Source: Sporomusaceae bacterium (lineage in GTDB: Bacteria > Bacillota > Negativicutes > UBA1444). Taken from it: a stretch of 64,000 bases of DNA. The stretch spans positions 1,127 to 65,126 of the forward strand of contig JAHDPL010000029.1 of assembly GCA_018434355.1 (NCBI GenBank). The letters are read 5' to 3'. Below the pieces are notes generated by a model. That model did no database searches, had not been told where the DNA came from, and saw only the letters and a program-made list of their open reading frames with translations. This document shows positions 18,424 to 27,179 of the stretch, piece by piece (position 1 is the stretch's first letter; every line of letters begins with the position of its first letter). Both the position numbers and the translations under genes were made by a program.

Positions 18424-19968
18424 GTGTCCCCTGTTGAACAAAAGCCCAACAACAAGCCGGACGGCATGTTCGAAAAGTTCCTGCTCTGGCTGGAACGAAC
18501 CGGCAACAAGCTGCCAGACCCATTGACCATTTTCGCATCCCTGGCCGTTATTGTACTCGTTTTATCTTTTCTCGGTTCCATAGCAAACTTCTCAGCAGTC
18601 CATCCGCTGACTAAGAAAGTGATTTCCACAGTGAATCTGCTATCAGTTCCTGGATTGCAACAGATGATTTCCAATGCAGTCACCAACTTTACCGGATTCC
18701 CGCCTCTCGGTATCGTGCTGGTCGCGATCCTCGGCGTCGGCCTGGCGGAAAAAACCGGCCTGTTCTCGGCGCTGCTGCGCAAGACGCTGGTCGGCAAAAA
18801 AGGCAGCGGAACTACAGTTGTCGCGATTGTCATCTTTGTGGCGATCAATGCGAACGCCGCTGGCGATACCGGATTCATCGTCATGCCGCCAATCGCGGCG
18901 ATGGTGTTCGGTGCTATCGGCAAAAACCCCTTGGCTGGTATGTTGGCAGCTTATGCTGCAGTAGCCGGCGGTTTCAGCGCCAATATGGTCGTCAATTCGC
19001 TTGACGTACTGGTGGTCGGCTTCACGCAAGCCGCCGTTAACCTGCTTGACAAGAGCGTTATCGTCAATCCAGCCTCCAACTGGTATTTCCTGATGGTCTC
19101 CTGCGTCATCCTGACAGTGGTTGCCACCTGGGTTACCGTAAAAATCGTCGAACCGCGCATGGGTGTGTTCAAAGGTGAAATCGAAGCGGTGGAAGCAGTC
19201 ACCGAACAGGAAACCAAAGCGCTGAAAGCGGCTGGCGTTGGCCTGGCGATTTTCCTCTTGATCATTGCTGCCTTGGCGGTGCCTGAAAGCGGCTTGTTGC
19301 GTGAACCAAAGACCCAGTCGCTGATTAGTTACAGCTCTCCTTTTATGAAAGGTCTGATCGCTTTATTAGCATTGGCTTTCTTCATTCCGGCCTATATCTA
19401 TGGCAAAGTTTCCGGCAAAATCAAGAGCGACAAAGATGTAGCGTCGCTGCTCGGACAATCGATGTCCGAAATGGGTCCTTACATCGTATTGTCCTTCGTT
19501 ATTGCCCAGTTCATCAGTTATTTCAACTGGTCCAACCTTGGCTTGATCCTAGCGATCAAAGGCGCGGAAATCATCAAAGCCTCCGGCGCGCCGGCGCCAG
19601 TGTTGTTGGTTCTGTTCATTACCCTGTCGGCGATTATCAACATGTTTATCGGTAGCTGCTCGGCCAAATGGGCGATTTTGGCGCCGATCTTCGTGCCGAT
19701 GTTCATGCTGCTCGGCTTCCACCCGGCGCTGACCCAGATGGCTTACCGGATCGGCGATTCGATCACCAACGTGATCACGCCGCTGCTGCCATACTTTGTC
19801 ATCCTGCTTGCCTTTGTGAAGAAATATGACAAGGATATCGGCATGGGTACCCTGATGGCGAACATGCTTCCGTATACTCTGGTGTTCTTTGTTGTCTGGA
19901 CGATCCAATTGCTGATCTGGTTCGCTCTGAACCTGCCGCTCGGACCGGGAGCTCCCGTGCTGATGTAA
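18424..19968 (+). CDS. abgT: AbgT family transporter
   Basis: LE..GNKLPDP, NFTGFPPLG, N.F..S.SAKW..LAPIFVPM and YRIGDS.TN.ITPL motifs. Confidence 0.88.
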   Translation: MSPVEQKPNNKPDGMFEKFLLWLERTGNKLPDPLTIFASLAVIVLVLSFLGSIANFSAVHPLTKKVISTVNLLSVPGLQQMISNAVTNFTGFPPLGIVLVAILGVGLAEKTGLFSALLRKTLVGKKGSGTTVVAIVIFVAINANAAGDTGFIVMPPIAAMVFGAIGKNPLAGMLAAYAAVAGGFSANMVVNSLDVLVVGFTQAAVNLLDKSVIVNPASNWYFLMVSCVILTVVATWVTVKIVEPRMGVFKGEIEAVEAVTEQETKALKAAGVGLAIFLLIIAALAVPESGLLREPKTQSLISYSSPFMKGLIALLALAFFIPAYIYGKVSGKIKSDKDVASLLGQSMSEMGPYIVLSFVIAQFISYFNWSNLGLILAIKGAEIIKASGAPAPVLLVLFITLSAIINMFIGSCSAKWAILAPIFVPMFMLLGFHPALTQMAYRIGDSITNVITPLLPYFVILLAFVKKYDKDIGMGTLMANMLPYTLVFFVVWTIQLLIWFALNLPLGPGAPVLM

Positions 19969-20085
19969 GGCGTTTCGTCAATGAGTGAAGCAGGGCAGCG
20001 CGAGAACTTGGCAAAAAGTTTTCCGCTGCCCTGCTTTTTTATCACAGGTCGTTGATGGCTGGTGAGACAGAGTGCTGAGGAGGGA

Positions 20086-21333
20086 ATGACGATGTGGACC
20101 AACCAAGCGCGGATTCAGCGCGATATTGAAGAATTGGCCAAATTCAATGCCACACCGGGGCAGGGATTGACCCGGTTTTCGCTGACTGCTGAAGATCGGG
20201 CCGCCCGCGGATATCTGCGTCAAGAGATGCATAATTGCGGCTTGCGTGTATATGAAGACGCCGCAGGCAATCTGGTCGGTAGACGGGAAGGCGAACAGGC
20301 GGATGCACCGGTCGTAATGATCGGTTCGCATTTTGATTCCGTCAAAGGTGGCGGCAATTTTGACGGGCCGGCCGGCGTGTCGGCGGCGCTGGAGACCGCG
20401 CGGGTATTGCATGAACGTGACATCAAAACCCGTTTCCCGATCGAAGTGGTGGCGATGATCGAAGAAGAAGGCGCCCGGTTCAGCGCCAGTTTATATGGCA
20501 GTCGGGCGATGGCCGGACTGATCGATACGGCACAATTGCAGGAACGTAAAGATGCAGCCGGGATATCTATGTATGAAGCGTTGCGTCAGTTTGGTTTCAA
20601 CCCGGATGAAATCGCGGCGGCTCGTCGAATGCCAGGCAGCGTGAAGGCTTTTTTGGAACTGCATATCGAACAGGGACCGATTCTGGAGGCTGAAGGCCTG
20701 GAAGTCGGCATCGTTCAGGAAATTGTCGGCATTCATGATATGAAAATAAAAATAAACGGGCGGCAGGGGCATGCGGGAACGATTCCGATGCATTTACGGG
20801 CAGACGCACTAAACGCGGCAGCGAAAATGATCGTCAGAATTGCCGAACTAGCGGTAGAAGAAGGCGAAGGCACGGTTGCTACAGTAGGCTGGTTGTCTGT
20901 CAAACCGGGAGGCTTCAATATCATCCCCGGCGAAGTGGAATTCAGTGTGGATATCCGCTCCGGCAAACGGCAGCATGTTGACAATGTAAGCCGTCGAATC
21001 GGCGAAGCATTGCAGGAAATCAGCTCCAGCACCGGAGTTGTCGCCGAATTGTCTAGCCTGATGAATGTGCCGCCGGTGCGGATGGCGGAAAGCATCGTGG
21101 ATCGCCAGTTGTCAATCTGTGAACGGCTGGGACTGAAACATCGACTGATGCAGAGCGGCGCCGGACATGATGCGATGGTGATGGCGGGAGTTGCCGAGGT
21201 TGGGCTGGTTTTTGTGCCGAGTCTTGACGGACGCAGCCACTGTCCGGAAGAATGGACCGACTACGCACAGCTGCAAAAAGGCGTTGAAGTTTATTTGCAC
21301 ACGGTGCTGGAACTGGCGGAAGCAGAAAGCTAG
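20086..21333 (+). CDS. Zn-dependent N-carbamoyl-amino-acid/allantoate amidohydrolase (M20)
   Basis: GSHFDSV..GG.FDG..GV, EEEG.RF, ELHIEQGP.L, GHAGT.PM, SGAGHDA and SHCPEE motifs. Confidence 0.9.
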   Translation: MTMWTNQARIQRDIEELAKFNATPGQGLTRFSLTAEDRAARGYLRQEMHNCGLRVYEDAAGNLVGRREGEQADAPVVMIGSHFDSVKGGGNFDGPAGVSAALETARVLHERDIKTRFPIEVVAMIEEEGARFSASLYGSRAMAGLIDTAQLQERKDAAGISMYEALRQFGFNPDEIAAARRMPGSVKAFLELHIEQGPILEAEGLEVGIVQEIVGIHDMKIKINGRQGHAGTIPMHLRADALNAAAKMIVRIAELAVEEGEGTVATVGWLSVKPGGFNIIPGEVEFSVDIRSGKRQHVDNVSRRIGEALQEISSSTGVVAELSSLMNVPPVRMAESIVDRQLSICERLGLKHRLMQSGAGHDAMVMAGVAEVGLVFVPSLDGRSHCPEEWTDYAQLQKGVEVYLHTVLELAEAES

Positions 21334-21351
21334 GGGACCGCTGAAGTATAG

Positions 21352-21393
21352 AAGGGGGCTGCAAAAACTGGTTAGGTTTTTGCAGCCCCCTTT
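21352..21393. terminator. Bidirectional terminator between convergent hydrolases
   Basis: aagggggctgcaaaaac...gtttttgcagccccctt perfect stem. Confidence 0.8.
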
Positions 21394-21434
21394 AACGGTT
21401 GTTTAATTGTCAATTCGTGTCGTGCAAATTTTTA

Positions 21435-22604
21435 TCAGCGCGCCAGCAGCTTGAAGGTGGCGCGGGCGAAGGTTTCAACGCCGATCGGCAGTACCGAGTC
21501 GTCAATATCGAATTTGGGATGGTGATGCGGATAGATGGCATCCGTGGCAGGATTGCCTCCGCCAAGCATCAGGAACATTCCGGGGGCTTTCTGCATGAAA
21601 TAGGAGAAGTCTTCCCCGCCCATCGATGGGCCGATTTCGATGACTGCTTCCGCACCGGCCGCCTCGCGGCCCGCTTCTGCCACGACTGCTGCGATTTCCG
21701 GATTGTTGATGACGGCGGGATAACCAAAGACCTTGTCTACAGTATATGTCGCTCCCATGGCCGAGCAGACGCCGGCGCAAATCTCATCGAACCGGTCCCA
21801 GACCAATTTGCGGACCGAATCGTCGAAGGTGCGGACCGTTCCCTTGATTTCAGCCGTGTCAGGAATGATGTTGAATACTTCGCCGGAGTGGAAGCTACCG
21901 AGCGATACCACCGCTGATTCCAGCGGATTGACATTGCGGCCGAGGATTGAGTTGAGCATGCTGACGATTTCGGCGCCAGTAGAAAGCGCGCAGACGGTTC
22001 CCTGCGGCATCGAGCCGTGGCCGCCCTTGCCTTGGACGAAAATTGTGAACTGGTCGGGCGCTGCCATGGTGCGGCCATAAGAAATGCCGATTTTTCCAGC
22101 CGGTAGCGGTTGCCAGACGTGAGCGCCCAGCACATAATCGACGCCTTCCATGCAACCTTCGGCAACCATGCGTTCTGCGCCGCCGGGGAATCGTTCCTCG
22201 CTGGGCTGGAACATCAGGCGGATAGTGCCATGTATTTCGTCTTTCAGATCGGTGAATACCCGGGCCAGTGTGAGCAACATCGCCGTATGGGCGTCGTGGC
22301 CACAGGCGTGACATTTGCCGGGAATCGTCGATTTGTAGGGCTTGTCAATTTCATCCTGGATCGGCAGGGCGTCGATGTCAGCGCGTAACGCGACCATTTT
22401 GCCGGGATGGGCGCCCTTGAGATCGGCAATCACGCCGGTATCGGCGATCTTTTTCGGCGATAGGCCGAGCGCTGTCAACTCTTCGATGATGCGAGCCTGG
22501 GTGGCGAACTCTTCGCCGCCTACTTCCGGATGTTGGTGAAAATGGCGTCGCAGTGCGACAACGGTTTCCTTGTGGCGTAAGACGGATTCCTTGATTTTGT
22601 CCAT
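21435..22604 (-). CDS. M20D amidohydrolase (second)
   Basis: RRHFHQHPE, RADIDALPI, HACGHDAH, FQPSEE, GEDFS and HHHPKF motifs. Confidence 0.92.
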   Translation of the reverse strand: MDKIKESVLRHKETVVALRRHFHQHPEVGGEEFATQARIIEELTALGLSPKKIADTGVIADLKGAHPGKMVALRADIDALPIQDEIDKPYKSTIPGKCHACGHDAHTAMLLTLARVFTDLKDEIHGTIRLMFQPSEERFPGGAERMVAEGCMEGVDYVLGAHVWQPLPAGKIGISYGRTMAAPDQFTIFVQGKGGHGSMPQGTVCALSTGAEIVSMLNSILGRNVNPLESAVVSLGSFHSGEVFNIIPDTAEIKGTVRTFDDSVRKLVWDRFDEICAGVCSAMGATYTVDKVFGYPAVINNPEIAAVVAEAGREAAGAEAVIEIGPSMGGEDFSYFMQKAPGMFLMLGGGNPATDAIYPHHHPKFDIDDSVLPIGVETFARATFKLLAR

Positions 22605-22640
22605 GTTACTAACCCCTTTGTTATTCAGATATTAAACTCT

Positions 22641-22667
22641 ATTCGCCTTTTATCCCGCATATCCTGC
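22641..22667 (-). promoter_or_regulatory. SigH-like promoter
   Basis: Minus strand GCAGGA-N17-GAAT upstream of the amidohydrolase. Confidence 0.5.
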
Positions 22668-22761
22668 GCGAGAAACAATGACTGATATTTCTGACGAAAC
22701 CTTGACAATGGCAGGCGGTTTGATATCGTAATGGTAGAGAGTTCGCAAAACAGGGAGGTAA

Positions 22762-23262
22762 ATGCAGTTGGAATTTACGATTCGGACGCGGCGCCCCGGT
22801 GATGCCGGCTATATAGCGTATCGGCATGCCGTTTTGTATGAGCGCGAATATGGGCTGGACAAGGTGTTTGAAAAATATGTGTTGGCCGGTTTGCTGGACT
22901 TTCTCGACAAACCGGAAGGCGGCGAAATCTGGCTGGCGGAATGCGCAGGAAAAATTGCCGGATTTATCGCGATTGTGAGAAACAATCCGACGACGGCGCA
23001 ATTGCGCTGGTTTTTGCTGGAACCGGAATTTCGCGGCACAGGCTTGGGCCGACGATTGATGGAAACGGTGATGGAATTTTGCCGGCAGCAGAACTATCAG
23101 CAAGTATTTCTCTGGACGTTCAAAGGCTTGGATGCCGCAAGGCACTTGTACGAACGACATGGATTTTTCCTGACTGAGGAAAAGCCGAACAATACCTGGA
23201 AGCACGAACTGCTTGAACAGCGATGGGAGTGCAGTCTCGTCAGCGAGTCGCGGCCCGTTTGA
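22762..23262 (+). CDS. GNAT acetyltransferase
   Basis: AQLRWFLLEPEFRGTGLGRRL and A..LYE..GF motifs. Confidence 0.9.
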   Translation: MQLEFTIRTRRPGDAGYIAYRHAVLYEREYGLDKVFEKYVLAGLLDFLDKPEGGEIWLAECAGKIAGFIAIVRNNPTTAQLRWFLLEPEFRGTGLGRRLMETVMEFCRQQNYQQVFLWTFKGLDAARHLYERHGFFLTEEKPNNTWKHELLEQRWECSLVSESRPV

Positions 23263-24133
23263 CCAGATATAGCCCGAGCATTGCCACTGCGCCGCCAACC
23301 AGCTGCAACAGGCTGATTTGCTCCCCAATGGTGAAGTAGGCGATCGCGATGCTGGCCGGCGGTACCAGGTACATGTAAACCATGACCTGGTTGGCGCCGA
23401 TGCGTTCGACACCCAGATACCACATCAGCAAGGAAAAGACAGTGACCGGAATCGCGGCGAACAGCACAGCAAACCAGGCCAGGCCGCTGAAGTCCTGCCA
23501 GGCAAGCGACCACATCTCGGCGCCGCTGAACAGCAGCAAACCCAAAGTTCCTGGTACTGCCGACCAGGCAGTGACCCACAGTCCGGAGTGTTTTTTTAGT
23601 AACGGCGTGACCATGATCGGGTAAAAGCCCCATAAAAAACTGGCGGCCATCGCCAGGCCATCGCCAACGAGGCTGGATGCGGCTGCACCGGCCTGATTCG
23701 GACCGTAGCGCAGTACCAGCACCAGGCCGCCAAAAGCGACCAGACAGCCGCTGATTACTGCGCTGCGGATTTTTTCCTGACCGGTGGCAGCGCCGAGCAG
23801 AACGGTGAAAATCGGCGAAATGCCCATCATCAGCGCCAGATTGGTGACAGAAGTGTATTTCAGCGCAGAAATGAAAATCGTCTGATACACCGCGACGCCA
23901 ACCAACCCGATGATTAGGAGTCGCGGCAGCTCGCTTCGGTCAAACGCACAACTGCCCTCCCGCCATTTCAGGACAAGCAGCATCAGCGGCGCAGCCAGCA
24001 GGAAGCGCAAGCTGGTGTAAACCGCAGGGGACATTTCCCGCATCGCCAGTTTGCCGATCGTCTGATTGGCGGCCCAGATTAGTACCACCAACAACAACAT
24101 CAATTCGAGCCAAAGTCGATCTTTACGAAACAT
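23240..24133 (-). CDS. DMT/EamA family transporter
   Basis: About 10 TM, two EamA repeats (IW..N...K, RF.LA, SPIFT, L.P......Y...GE). Confidence 0.9.
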   Translation of the reverse strand: MFRKDRLWLELMLLLVVLIWAANQTIGKLAMREMSPAVYTSLRFLLAAPLMLLVLKWREGSCAFDRSELPRLLIIGLVGVAVYQTIFISALKYTSVTNLALMMGISPIFTVLLGAATGQEKIRSAVISGCLVAFGGLVLVLRYGPNQAGAAASSLVGDGLAMAASFLWGFYPIMVTPLLKKHSGLWVTAWSAVPGTLGLLLFSGAEMWSLAWQDFSGLAWFAVLFAAIPVTVFSLLMWYLGVERIGANQVMVYMYLVPPASIAIAYFTIGEQISLLQLVGGAVAMLGLYLVKRAATR

Positions 24134-24160
24134 AATAATAGTTTACCACTTGCGGCAGGA

Positions 24161-26821
24161 TTATGCCGCTTTTTCTTTCAGTCGCAGTCCAACTTTGATT
24201 AGTTCGTTAACTACCAGCGGGATCAGCGCGAAGCCGAATACCAGCCCCCAATCTTGCAGGCTCAGGTTTTGCACCTTAAAAGCACTGGCAAGAAACGGAA
24301 TCGAGATGACGCCGAGCTGCAAGGAAAAGCCAACCAGGATCGCCCCAATCAGAGGCTTGTTTGTAAACAGGCCGACCTGGAAAATCGATTTGGTGGCGCT
24401 ACGCATGGACAGCGAGTAGAACAGCTGGGATGCAGCCAGGACAACAAAGGCCATGGTGCGGGCATAAGTCAGCACTGTGTCGGGAATTTCCTGCGAACCC
24501 ATGCTGTAGCCGTGCTCATACAGGCCAAAGTAGAATGCCGCCAAGGTTAATAGTCCGATCAGCGTTCCGCCGATCAGCGCCCGGACGCCTGCGCCGCCGG
24601 CGAAGAAGCTTTCTTTGGGATTGCGCGGTTTTGCTTTCATTACGTCTTTGTCGCCGGGATCGATGCCGAGCGCGATGGCCGGCAGTGTATCGGTGACCAG
24701 GTTGATCCAGAGAATCTGTGTCGGCAACAGAGGCACCGGCCAGTAGAATAGGATTGAGGCGAAGATGGCGACGACTTCGCCGAGATTGCAGGATAGCAGG
24801 AAAATCACCGATTTCTTGATGTTGTTATAAATGTTGCGGCCCTCTTCGATGGCACGAACAATCGTGGTAAAGTTGTCGTCCGTCAGGATCATGTCGCTGG
24901 CGCCTTTAGACACGTCGGTCCCGGTGATTCCCATCGCCACCCCAATGTCGGCGTATTTTAGCGAAGGTGCGTCATTCACGCCGTCGCCGGTCATCGATAC
25001 GATATTGCCGTGTGATTTGAATGCCCGGACGATTTTCACCTTGTGTTCCGGCGATACCCGGGCAAAGACGCGATAGTCGCCGATTCGTCGGGCAAATTCC
25101 TCGTCGGACAGCGCGTCGATTTCATCACCGGTCAAGCTTTCGTCGATGGAGGAGGCAATGCCCAACTCTTTGGCGATGGCGACAGCGGTGTTCTTGTGAT
25201 CGCCGGTAATCATGACCGGCGTGATGCCGGCCAATTTGGCGGTTTGGATCGAGTCGCGGACCTCTAGCCGCGGCGGGTCGATCATTCCCACCAGGCCGAT
25301 GATCGTCAGATCATGTTCCATCTCAGCCGGTTCGATTGATTGGGGAATATCCTTGAATGCAACGCCTAAGACCCGCAGCGCTGCGTCGGACATTGTTTCG
25401 GCGACTTGTTGGTAAATTTCTTTCATCGCCGGAGTCAGCGGCACTGCCTTGCCGTCGACCAGCGCATGGCTGGCGATTTTCAGCAACTGGTCGAGCGCGC
25501 CTTTGGTATGGACCCGATAGGCTTCGCCCTGACGGGTCAGGGTCGACATCAGTTTGCGTTCCGAATCAAACGGCTTTTCGTCGACACGCGGCTGTTCGGC
25601 GACAAGCTGGGCTTTGGCCAGACCGTATTTGCCGCCCCAGGCGACCAGTGCGATTTCGGTGGGGTCGCCGGTTCCCTGGCCATTTTCGTATGTGGCATCC
25701 GAACAGAGAATGAAGGACTTGATCAGCTGCAGCTCATCGCCAATAGCCGCCGGCGTCTCTGTTGTCGCCGGAACATCGCGAAGTTTGCCGTAGGTATAAC
25801 TTTTGACCACGGTCATTTTGTTCTGGGTCAGGGTACCGGTTTTATCAGAGCAGATGATGTTGACCGAACCTAGTGTTTCCACCGCCGGCAATTTTTTGAT
25901 GATCGCATTGTTGCGCGACATCCGGGTGACGCCGAGTGCCAGCACGATCGCCACGATGGCGGCCAATCCCTCGGGAATCGCCGCTACAGCCAGACTGATC
26001 GAAGTCAGGAACATCTCGAACATATCGCGTTTTTGCCAAAATGCCAGCAGGAAAATCAGCGTGCAGATTCCGATGGCAACAAAACCAAGCACTTTTCCCA
26101 ATTCTTCCAGACGCTTTTGTAGCGGAGTCATTTCTTCATGTTCTTCGTCCAAGATATTGGCAATCCGTCCGATTTCCGTGTCCATCGCCGTCGCGACGAC
26201 TACGCCTTCGCCGCGGCCGTAAGTGACCAACGTCGACATGAAGGCCATGTTGGTCTGGTCGCCGAGCGAGATTTTCGGTGCATCAAACACATTTTTTGCA
26301 TTTTTATCGACCGGTACCGATTCGCCGGTCAGCGCCGATTCCTCGATCTGCAGATTGGCGCTTTCGATCAGTCGCAAATCTGCCGGGATGGTGCGACCTG
26401 CTTCTAGTAACACGATGTCGCCGGGAACGATTTCGGCCGAGTTGACTTCGCTGACTTCGCCGCCCCTGCGTAGCAACGCCTTTGGGGTTGTCATCTTCTG
26501 TAAAGCTTCCATCGCTTTTTCCGCCTTGTATTCCTGGGCGACGCCGATGGCTGCGTTGAGCAGCACCACGCACAGAATGATCACTGCGTCGACGTAGTGG
26601 CCGATAAACAATGTAATGGCAGCGGCCCCGAGCAGAACGTAAATCAACATGTCTTGTAGTTGCGCCAAAAACAGGGCCAATAGACTTTTTTTCGGCTTTC
26701 CTTTCAACTCATTGCGTCCGTGACGCTCCAACCGGGTCAGGACTTCTTCTTTACTTAGCCCGGTTGCCGGATTTACGGCCTGGGCCTGTAATACTTCTTC
26801 GGTTGACTTGGTAAACCACAT
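24161..26821 (-). CDS. P-type IIA cation-transporting ATPase (Ca2+/Mn2+, YoaB/YloB-like)
   Basis: TGES, AAIPEGL, DKTGTLT, KGA, TGD and GDGVND motifs; WINLVTD in TM6. Confidence 0.94.
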   Translation of the reverse strand: MWFTKSTEEVLQAQAVNPATGLSKEEVLTRLERHGRNELKGKPKKSLLALFLAQLQDMLIYVLLGAAAITLFIGHYVDAVIILCVVLLNAAIGVAQEYKAEKAMEALQKMTTPKALLRRGGEVSEVNSAEIVPGDIVLLEAGRTIPADLRLIESANLQIEESALTGESVPVDKNAKNVFDAPKISLGDQTNMAFMSTLVTYGRGEGVVVATAMDTEIGRIANILDEEHEEMTPLQKRLEELGKVLGFVAIGICTLIFLLAFWQKRDMFEMFLTSISLAVAAIPEGLAAIVAIVLALGVTRMSRNNAIIKKLPAVETLGSVNIICSDKTGTLTQNKMTVVKSYTYGKLRDVPATTETPAAIGDELQLIKSFILCSDATYENGQGTGDPTEIALVAWGGKYGLAKAQLVAEQPRVDEKPFDSERKLMSTLTRQGEAYRVHTKGALDQLLKIASHALVDGKAVPLTPAMKEIYQQVAETMSDAALRVLGVAFKDIPQSIEPAEMEHDLTIIGLVGMIDPPRLEVRDSIQTAKLAGITPVMITGDHKNTAVAIAKELGIASSIDESLTGDEIDALSDEEFARRIGDYRVFARVSPEHKVKIVRAFKSHGNIVSMTGDGVNDAPSLKYADIGVAMGITGTDVSKGASDMILTDDNFTTIVRAIEEGRNIYNNIKKSVIFLLSCNLGEVVAIFASILFYWPVPLLPTQILWINLVTDTLPAIALGIDPGDKDVMKAKPRNPKESFFAGGAGVRALIGGTLIGLLTLAAFYFGLYEHGYSMGSQEIPDTVLTYARTMAFVVLAASQLFYSLSMRSATKSIFQVGLFTNKPLIGAILVGFSLQLGVISIPFLASAFKVQNLSLQDWGLVFGFALIPLVVNELIKVGLRLKEKAA

Positions 26822-26884
26822 TGATCTTCACCTCTTGTTTTCATTTTCGCTTTTCAATACTTTCCCGCAAGCACTTGCAGCGGG

Positions 26885-26960
26885 AAAAAAATAAAACTTT
26901 CAACACCCCTCCCCGTAAAATCCCGGAATTCCAAGATTCGCAAAGATGATGCTAAAAGTC
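26885..26960 (-). terminator. Riboswitch-controlled terminator upstream of the ATPase
   Basis: Minus-strand ACUUUUAGCAUC pairs with GGUGUUGAAAGU, followed by a U-rich tract; the 5' arm overlaps the aptamer P1 3' strand. Confidence 0.6.
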
Positions 26961-27045
26961 TCGTTACCAAAAGTTGGTTACAAAGCCAGGTGAATCGCTC
27001 AACCCGTATTGTTGACTTTGTAATGCAAACTACTCCCTCTTAACA
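26952..27045 (-). ncRNA. yybP-ykoY (Mn2+-sensing) riboswitch
   Basis: Minus strand AAGAGGGAGUAG...AAAGUCAACAAUACGGG...CCUGGCUUU...GGUAACGAGACUUUUA, upstream of a P-type ATPase as in L. lactis yoaB. Confidence 0.87.
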
Positions 27046-27179
27046 ATTCTATTTTATATTTCTTGTCTGCATCTGTCAAATTTAGGATTGCCGCCGAATT
27101 TTTCTGCCAATACGAGAAAAACACAAGGAAAAAACAATTTTCCGTGGAAATAAAAGATATAACAGAAGGAGCTTAAACT

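Noticed and set aside
1375-23262. Short 3' overlaps of convergent gene pairs (1375-1400, 15546-15586, 23240-23262)
   Set aside because: Common in compact genomes; no further evidence of regulation
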